Virus record (IMG/VR): IMGVR_UViG_2718218128_000005
Length of the DNA: 12,971 nt
Strand: one strand, 5' to 3'
Origin: a virus
Taxonomy: Duplodnaviria; Heunggongvirae; Uroviricota; Caudoviricetes
Shown here: positions 7,683 to 12,971 of the stretch, one piece after another
Numbering within the stretch: position 1 is the stretch's first letter
Layout: each line of letters begins with the position of its first letter
The notes under the pieces: generated by a model
The model's database searches: none
What the model saw: only the letters and a program-made list of their open reading frames with translations
Told to the model about the DNA's origin: nothing
Made by a program: the position numbers and the translations under genes

Positions 7683-8612
7683 TTATGGTTTATTTTCTAG
7701 CTCTGATTTTTTGAAAGCTTCTATCAGACGATTAGCATCTTCTGTACCACCAGGAAGCACGTTTGATTTTTTAAGAATATACGGTGGGAACTTTGTGGTT
7801 AAATATTCATGCTTAAACCATCTACGAAACTCTGACAATGCAGAATCAGGATAGGCATTAATGATCTGAGGATTGGAACTTGCCTGAAGAAAATCTTCAG
7901 GGTAATAATGCTCACAGTCTACTCTTTCTCCAAATTCTGTTGCTAACCCCTTTGCTTTCCAGTGACGCGCCCAGCAAGAACCAACACTGCCATCAGGTAC
8001 GGTATGCTGATTAATCGCTAATCCAGCATTGATGAGATCTACCATCATACCTGCAATTTCATTAAATATAATGAAATACCCATCAGGTATGGTTCCCTTA
8101 TCTTTTAATAAAGATACTCTGTCATGGTAATGCCTCCACGGGTCCTCCGGTTGATATTTTAGCGCCTCGTATATAAATGTCTTGAGGCCTTTTTTAGCAA
8201 GCTCTCTGTAAGATCTAATTGCAGTCTCACTTTCTGCTTGTTTTGCTTCAAAGGCATAGTATTCAAGTATAGCCATGCATACAACATCTGGATAAGCATG
8301 GTACTCAACACCATTTCGAATTATTGGTATATAAAGTTTTTCATCTGTAAAACCTTCATTAAGAAGATATGTACCAATAAAAGTCATTCTTCCTTTTTTG
8401 AAAATACCGTTCTCAACGGATTGAGCCCACTCATCGGTAATTTCCTTGATTCGCAAACGCTGAACACCACAAACATTTGCCAACCCATTCTGAGTAAGGT
8501 ACGGAATTCCGTTATCGAGTACCCCCATTTCTATACCGTTAATGACAGCCTCTTGCTTAACATCTAAGTCTAAAGGTATGGATCTGAGGGAGGTAGTTCT
8601 CTGTTGTGCCAT
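7683..8612 (-). CDS. AT-rich cargo gene of unknown function, 309 aa; candidate anti-phage/abortive-infection protein with a possible KilA-N/APSES-like N-terminal domain (BstA-like architecture is a hypothesis)
   Basis: Long ORF with ATG at 8612-8610 preceded by AGGA at 6-nt spacing (the track ORF starts 5 codons earlier at TTG). The N-terminal stretch VINGIEMGVLDNGIPYLTQNGLANVCGV resembles the DG-x-x-W-V-N-A-T-x-I-L-K-A-A-G core of KilA-N/APSES domains. The gene looks markedly more AT-rich than the flanking phage genes. The confidence given is for a real CDS, not for the functional call. Confidence 0.7.
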   Translation of the reverse strand: MAQQRTTSLRSIPLDLDVKQEAVINGIEMGVLDNGIPYLTQNGLANVCGVQRLRIKEITDEWAQSVENGIFKKGRMTFIGTYLLNEGFTDEKLYIPIIRNGVEYHAYPDVVCMAILEYYAFEAKQAESETAIRSYRELAKKGLKTFIYEALKYQPEDPWRHYHDRVSLLKDKGTIPDGYFIIFNEIAGMMVDLINAGLAINQHTVPDGSVGSCWARHWKAKGLATEFGERVDCEHYYPEDFLQASSNPQIINAYPDSALSEFRRWFKHEYLTTKFPPYILKKSNVLPGGTEDANRLIEAFKKSELENKP

Positions 8613-8718
8613 TTTTGATCCTATCAATTTGAATTCATTGAAAAAATTAGGTGTTCCCTATGCATTAGAACACTCATCATAGTAACCCCACTCGTTTGTG
8701 AAAAAAACTAATTTCACA

Positions 8719-8744
8719 ATCAGTTAACTCTCAAAATAACTGAT
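8719..8744. promoter_or_regulatory. Perfect 8-bp inverted repeat with a 10-bp spacer in the AT-rich leader of the 309-aa gene; candidate operator
   Basis: ATCAGTTA(8719-8726)-N10-TAACTGAT(8737-8744), about 110 bp upstream of the start codon. Confidence 0.3.
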
Positions 8745-8816
8745 ATTCATACTCTCGCTATCCCATATATAGACATCCTTGTTTTAATACAACACTCATG
8801 GCTGGCGGCTATACTC

Positions 8817-9134
8817 CTAACAGATTTGACGCAAATACGGCAATACTCGACTCCACTTATCATCCTGCCACGGCTGAAGTTTTACATGTGCCGTTTCTCG
8901 GACGAGGATTGCTCGCGCTCTGTTGAGTATCTGGGGATATTCTTGCTCGATGGAAGTGAAGTGACCAGCTTCACCATGCTCCGCATCCTGAAGAAGATGA
9001 GTAACGTTCTGGTAGGCAATTAACATCACATTCCCTGCTCGCCATAACCAGGCGAGTGTGCAAAGTTCGTTATCAGTGAATTGTTTTGTGATTGGGGATT
9101 GTTGAACTGCTAGAACGAGAACGCCAGCATCCAT
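8817..9134 (-). CDS. Hypothetical protein, 105 aa, upstream of the 309-aa cargo gene
   Basis: ORF bounded by a stop 3 codons upstream of its ATG, with a weak AGGGA Shine-Dalgarno sequence. No family recognised. It looks more GC-rich than its AT-rich flanks, so it could be a remnant or a real small gene. Confidence 0.4.
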   Translation of the reverse strand: MDAGVLVLAVQQSPITKQFTDNELCTLAWLWRAGNVMLIAYQNVTHLLQDAEHGEAGHFTSIEQEYPQILNRARAILVRETAHVKLQPWQDDKWSRVLPYLRQIC

Positions 9135-9245
9135 TGGCAGTCCCTATAGTAAAACCATAGCTCAGGACGCTTCGTTCAGGATAGATAATTTTATTGTACT
9201 TACCTAACTTTCTTACTATAGCACGGTTGAAAAAGTGATTATTAC

Positions 9246-10772
9246 TCAAAAATAAACCTCACCATCAACCATATATTTGAGAGTACTTATCGCCTGCTGG
9301 GCGGATATTGTTTTCATTAAAGGATAGTGTTTAAAAACAATGCCATTCATAAAATAGATATCACAGGTTTTATTATCTGTATTGATTATGATTTTTTCGA
9401 ATGTTTTATAGGCAAGTGTACGACATAGCTCTCGCCCATTTTTACTGGTTAAGTCAATAGCATGAAAATCACCAAGTGAGCTCACCGCTTTACTCTTCAA
9501 AGTTTTTAATGATACAGAAGCCCTTCGTAATTCCTTATCTAATACTCTGATTTTTTCTGCTATAGCGGTAACTTCAGGCGCAACAGATAATGCAGCAATT
9601 AAATTATTAATTTTCATCTGGAGCTCAATAATTTTCAACTCTAAAGTTTCATTAGCATCTTTCTTGTTTTCAACTGGTTGGATTTTACTACAATTAAAAA
9701 GCAACTCATTAATGATATTATAATCAACCAAATCTCTCTTTATTGATGGCCTGTCACATCGATGCAGTCTTCTCATCGGACAAACATAATAGCCATGCAA
9801 ACTTCCAGATACCGCATGAACAATCATGGTATTACCACAAGCCTCGCACTTCATAACTGTTCGAAGTAGATTTATCAACATAGGGTTTTTGCTACTATTG
9901 CTAATACCAAAAGGTGCCAACCGAATTTCCTGCACAGCGTAAAACAAATCATCTGATATGACTCTGGGATAATAGCCAGCGATTTCACTTATTCCTTTAC
10001 CTCTTGCACGATATGAAGGTACGCATATACCTATCAGAGCTTTATTCGCTAATAATTTTTCAATTACAGAAGGTCCCCATGCACTTTCTTTTCCTGAGAA
10101 ATTCTTTACAGCATGATCATTTAAATACTTGGCTATTGCATTCAATGAGCGCCTTTCCATCCTGAGTTTAAAAATTAGCTCAATAGTTTTCACCCTGTCG
10201 GGGTCTGGAACAAAAGCCGTTCTTTTGTCATCTAAGGAGAGCCATCTCGGACAAGACGCCGTCATAATCGTGCCTGACTCCAGTGCATCCTGCCGTTTTT
10301 TCTTCCATGATAATTTAACCCGACTTGACTTTATCTCGCTTTCTTCATTTGCCCTTTGTGCTATAAGTATGGCTTTTATTAATGAATATGGATCATTCAA
10401 AGAGTCAATATTATAGACTGTATTATCGCAAAGAGTTATAACATCAATACCGTGATTCAAAATCAATTTCAGACGCTCAATCGCTTCACCGACTTTTTCT
10501 CTTGAAAGTCTGTCCAGACTTTCAACTAACAATGTAGTTCCTGGCAATATATAACCATGCTCTATAGCATCTAAAAATTCCGAAAAAGCTCCTGATTGTG
10601 CATGCTTTCCTTTGAATGCACTTAATCCTAAATCTTCATATGTTATGGTATCAAGATAATAATCACTATTTACCTTTAACCATTCAGCAATAAGTCTTCT
10701 CTGTCGGTTTAATGAGTCGCCAGACATCTGACCTGGTGATGAAAATCGCATATATGCTATGGCTTTTTTCAT
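9246..10772 (-). CDS. ybcK: Large serine recombinase (resolvase/invertase N-terminal catalytic domain plus recombinase and zinc-ribbon regions), 508 aa (YbcK-like)
   Basis: N-terminus AIAYMRFSSPGQ... carries the serine-recombinase catalytic Ser motif, and there is a Cys cluster (CEACGN...YYVCP...HRC). AGGTG Shine-Dalgarno sequence; 508 aa equals the DLP12 YbcK length. Confidence 0.9.
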   Translation of the reverse strand: MKKAIAYMRFSSPGQMSGDSLNRQRRLIAEWLKVNSDYYLDTITYEDLGLSAFKGKHAQSGAFSEFLDAIEHGYILPGTTLLVESLDRLSREKVGEAIERLKLILNHGIDVITLCDNTVYNIDSLNDPYSLIKAILIAQRANEESEIKSSRVKLSWKKKRQDALESGTIMTASCPRWLSLDDKRTAFVPDPDRVKTIELIFKLRMERRSLNAIAKYLNDHAVKNFSGKESAWGPSVIEKLLANKALIGICVPSYRARGKGISEIAGYYPRVISDDLFYAVQEIRLAPFGISNSSKNPMLINLLRTVMKCEACGNTMIVHAVSGSLHGYYVCPMRRLHRCDRPSIKRDLVDYNIINELLFNCSKIQPVENKKDANETLELKIIELQMKINNLIAALSVAPEVTAIAEKIRVLDKELRRASVSLKTLKSKAVSSLGDFHAIDLTSKNGRELCRTLAYKTFEKIIINTDNKTCDIYFMNGIVFKHYPLMKTISAQQAISTLKYMVDGEVYF

Positions 10773-10954
10773 GGTGACACCTGCTAACGTATGCTTCTAT
10801 AAACCTTAGTGGTGAGATATAATTTTTGTTTAATTTTTATTTAAAAAGACAATTAAGGTCACATTATCTTGAATATACAACAATAATCGTATTGCAATTT
10901 TCTTACGCCATAATCTTGAAAGCACAAAAGAATACATAAAAAAATAAAGACATT

Positions 10955-10997
10955 AACAAAAAGCATAAAACGAGGCTCATATAAATATAAGAGCCTC
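10955..10997 (-). terminator. Intrinsic terminator downstream of emrE (minus strand)
   Basis: Stem GAGGCTC(10972-10978)/GAGCCTC(10991-10997) with a 12-nt AT loop. On the minus strand it is followed by GTTTTATGCTTTTTG. Confidence 0.4.
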
Positions 10998-11028
10998 CAT
11001 ATTTTAGTCGTTTAGAAACAAATTATTT

Positions 11029-11361
11029 TTAATGTGGTGTGCTTCGTGACAATAAATTAATAACCAACACACCGGCACAAATCAACATCATGCCTATAAT
11101 GGCTGGCAGGTCCAGCCGTTGGCCGAAAAATCCCCATGACAGTAAGCTAATCAGGACAATACCGACTCCTGACCAGATAGCATAAGCAATCCCTGTAGGA
11201 ATATAAGCCAGCGTCTGAGCTAATAACCAGAATGATGCACAATAACAAATAATTGTACCAACAGATGGCCATAACCGTGTAAAACCTTCTGAAAACTTCA
11301 TTAAGGTTGTACCAATGACCTCTGCAAGTATTGCACCACCAAGATAAATATAAGGGTTCAT
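11029..11361 (-). CDS. emrE: EmrE small multidrug resistance (SMR) efflux transporter, 110 aa
   Basis: From ATG 11361-11359 the translation MNPYIYLGGAILAEVIGTTLMKFSEGF...LLSRSTPH matches EmrE as I remember it, with four transmembrane segments. The track ORF starts 18 codons upstream. Confidence 0.95.
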   Translation of the reverse strand: MNPYIYLGGAILAEVIGTTLMKFSEGFTRLWPSVGTIICYCASFWLLAQTLAYIPTGIAYAIWSGVGIVLISLLSWGFFGQRLDLPAIIGMMLICAGVLVINLLSRSTPH

Positions 11362-11428
11362 AGCATATTCTTTCCTGTTCAAACTGGAGAGAATTGTACT
11401 ACAGTTTGAAATCAACTCACCTGTTTCA

Positions 11429-11731
11429 TCATTGTGTACCCATTGATGTTCTTTTATATACCCTCAATACGCGTTTCATCGCGGCACTCTGGCGACACTC
11501 CTTAAAAATCAGATTCGTGCTCACCTTTCCTTCCCGTTCTTCTCTGGTAGCGAACCGGTAATACACCGTTCGCCAGACCTTACCATCAACGACCAGGATT
11601 CCTGCCCGCGCCATTTTAGCCGCAGCCTGATTTATGCTGGTTACGGTTGCGCCTGTTACCGCGGCAACGTCCTGTGCACAGAAGCTCTTATGCGTCCCCA
11701 GGTAATGAATAATTGCCTCTTTGCCCGTCAT
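11429..11731 (-). CDS. ren: Ren (lambda Ren-like), 100 aa
   Basis: MTGKEAIIHYLGTH...KVWRTVYYRFATREEREGK... is near-identical to lambda Ren as I remember it. Its ATG overlaps the P stop (ATGA). Confidence 0.9.
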   Translation of the reverse strand: MTGKEAIIHYLGTHKSFCAQDVAAVTGATVTSINQAAAKMARAGILVVDGKVWRTVYYRFATREEREGKVSTNLIFKECRQSAAMKRVLRVYKRTSMGTQ

Positions 11732-12339
11732 ACACTTGCTCCTTTCAGTCCGAACTTAGCTTTAATTTCTGCGATCTTCGCCAGAGCCTGTGCACGATTT
11801 AGAGGTCTACCGCCCATAACAGGAAGTTGTTTTACTGGTTCAGGGATCGCCTCACCACGGTTAATTCTCGCAGTCATATGGACAAGCTCATCTGCGGCCT
11901 TACGGCGTAATTCCGCATCAGTAAGCGCATTGGCCCGCATGTTCTGATACAGGTTGGTAACCAGCCAGTAGTGCGCGTTTGATTTCCACGGATAAGACTC
12001 CGCATCCGGATACAGGCCTCGCTTCCGGCAATACTCGTAAACCATATCAACCAGCTCGCTGACGTTTGGCAGTCCGGCGATAACGGATGCTTCTTCCCGG
12101 CACCATGCAACAAACTGCCCGGGTGATGGCAGAAATGGTCGATTCTGCCGACGGGCTACGCGCATTCCAGCGTTAACCTGTTCCATTGTGGTGATCCCGT
12201 TTTCCCGGAAAGCCAGAACCCACTGGCGGCGGATTTCGTTCAGTTCATTCTGGTCACGGTTAGCCAGGCTCGCCGGGAAAGTTGCCAGTAACTGGCTGAA
12301 CACACCATTGATGATCTGCGCTACCTGCTGTACCAGCGG
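11728..12339 (-). pseudogene. P: Replication protein P (lambda P, DnaB helicase loader), N-terminally truncated
   Basis: The track protein ...FSQLLATFPASLANRDQNE...KAKFGLKGASV matches the C-terminal roughly 190 aa of lambda P as I remember it. The frame stays open upstream only to a stop at 12340-12342 and has no in-frame ATG; the track start at 12303 is a GTG encoding an internal Val. The first ~45 residues of P, and the gene O upstream, are absent. Confidence 0.85.
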
Positions 12340-12971
12340 TCAGAAACAAGCGAGTCAGATGGCTGGAAAAGGAGGAAGCAAAACGCCTTATTGATGAGTG
12401 CCCCGAACCACTGAAATCTGTCGTCAAGTTTGCGCTGGCAACTGGTCTGAGAAAGTCGAACATCATAAATCTGGAATGGCAACAAATCGACATGCAGCGA
12501 CGAGTTGCCTGGGTGAATCCAGAAGAGAGCAAATCAAACCGCGCCATTGGTGTGGCGCTAAACGATACCGCCTGTAAAGTGTTGCGTGATCAAATAGGCA
12601 AGCATCACAAATGGGTGTTTGTACATACCAAGGCGGCTAAGCGAGCAGATGGAACATCAACGCCTGCGGTCAGGAAGATGCGCATCGACAGCAAGACATC
12701 ATGGCTATCAGCTTGTCGTCGTGCAGGAATTGAAGATTTCCGTTTCCATGACCTCAGACACACCTGGGCAAGCTGGCTGATTCAGTCAGGCGTCCCATTA
12801 TCAGTGCTTCAGGAAATGGGCGGATGGGAGTCCATAGAAATGGTTCGTAGGTATGCTCACCTTGCGCCTAATCATTTGACAGAGCATGCGAGGAAAATAG
12901 ACGACATTTTTGGTGATAATGTCCCAAATATGTCCCACTCTGGAATTATGGAGGATATAAAGAAGGCGTAA
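12340..12971 (+). pseudogene. int: Tyrosine recombinase (phage integrase) C-terminal catalytic domain, truncated N-terminally at the junction with P'
   Basis: The frame is open from 12315. It carries ATGLR (catalytic Arg), HDLRHTWAS (H-x-x-R) and MVRRYAHL (catalytic Tyr). Only about 210 codons are present, so the arm-binding and core-binding N-terminal domains are missing. The stop falls at 12969-12971, the window edge. Confidence 0.8.

Larger units (their letters stand above)
1..12971 (-). mobile_element. Defective (cryptic) lambdoid prophage, DLP12-like, reverse orientation; early/immunity and structural regions deleted
   Basis: Gene order int'-P'-ren-emrE-ybcK-...-ybcN-ninE-ybcO-rusA-ylcG-Q-(porin)-S-R-Rz/Rz1-(bor)-(ybcV)-ybcW-stf'-tfa matches my recollection of the E. 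coli K-12 DLP12 prophage map. No cI/cro/N/O, terminase, head or tail genes are present. Confidence 0.85.

Noticed and set aside
8238-8567. 109-aa plus-strand ORF
   Set aside because: Antisense within the 309-aa cargo gene; in AT-rich DNA such an open frame is easily a shadow ORF.
8826-9023. 65-aa plus-strand ORF
   Set aside because: Overlaps the 105-aa minus-strand ORF. I could not decide between them on sequence alone and kept the longer one with its bounded start as the tentative call.
10129-10416. 95-aa plus-strand ORF
   Set aside because: Antisense inside the serine recombinase gene.
11690-12547. ORFs 11690..11947, 11874..12113, 12188..12394 and 12260..12547
   Set aside because: Alternative frames or antisense across the P remnant and the int'/P' junction; the P and int frames account for the region.
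12492-12971. Track ORF taken as a complete 159-aa integrase gene starting at ATG 12492
   Set aside because: The frame is open and integrase-like upstream to about 12315-12340 (including the ATGLR box), so the ATG at 12492 is internal. The gene is a truncated remnant.
1-12971. CRISPR arrays, tRNA/rRNA genes, IS elements
   Set aside because: I saw no regularly spaced direct-repeat array, no tRNA-like structure and no transposase ORF with terminal inverted repeats. The att site would lie beyond the right edge of the window.

Overview
This window reads as a defective lambdoid prophage of the DLP12 type from an Escherichia/Shigella-like enterobacterium, shown in reverse orientation (late genes on the minus strand). 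All calls rest on reading the ORF translations and the sequence by eye; no search was run. Right to left it holds a truncated integrase fused to an N-truncated replication protein P, then ren, emrE, a large serine recombinase (ybcK-like), an AT-rich cargo island with two unidentified genes, the nin-region genes (ybcN, ninE, ybcO, rusA, ylcG), antiterminator Q, an apparently intact nmpC/Lc-type porin on the opposite strand, a complete phage-21-type lysis cassette (pinholin S, SAR endolysin R, Rz with embedded Rz1), bor, ybcV, ybcW, a tail-fibre 3' remnant and an intact tail fibre assembly gene. The immunity/early region and the whole morphogenetic region are missing. The best candidate for an undescribed or poorly described system is the 309-aa AT-rich gene at 7683..8612, possibly with the upstream 105-aa ORF; I hypothesise a prophage-encoded anti-phage (abortive-infection-like) protein with a KilA-N/APSES-like N-terminus, but could not confirm this.
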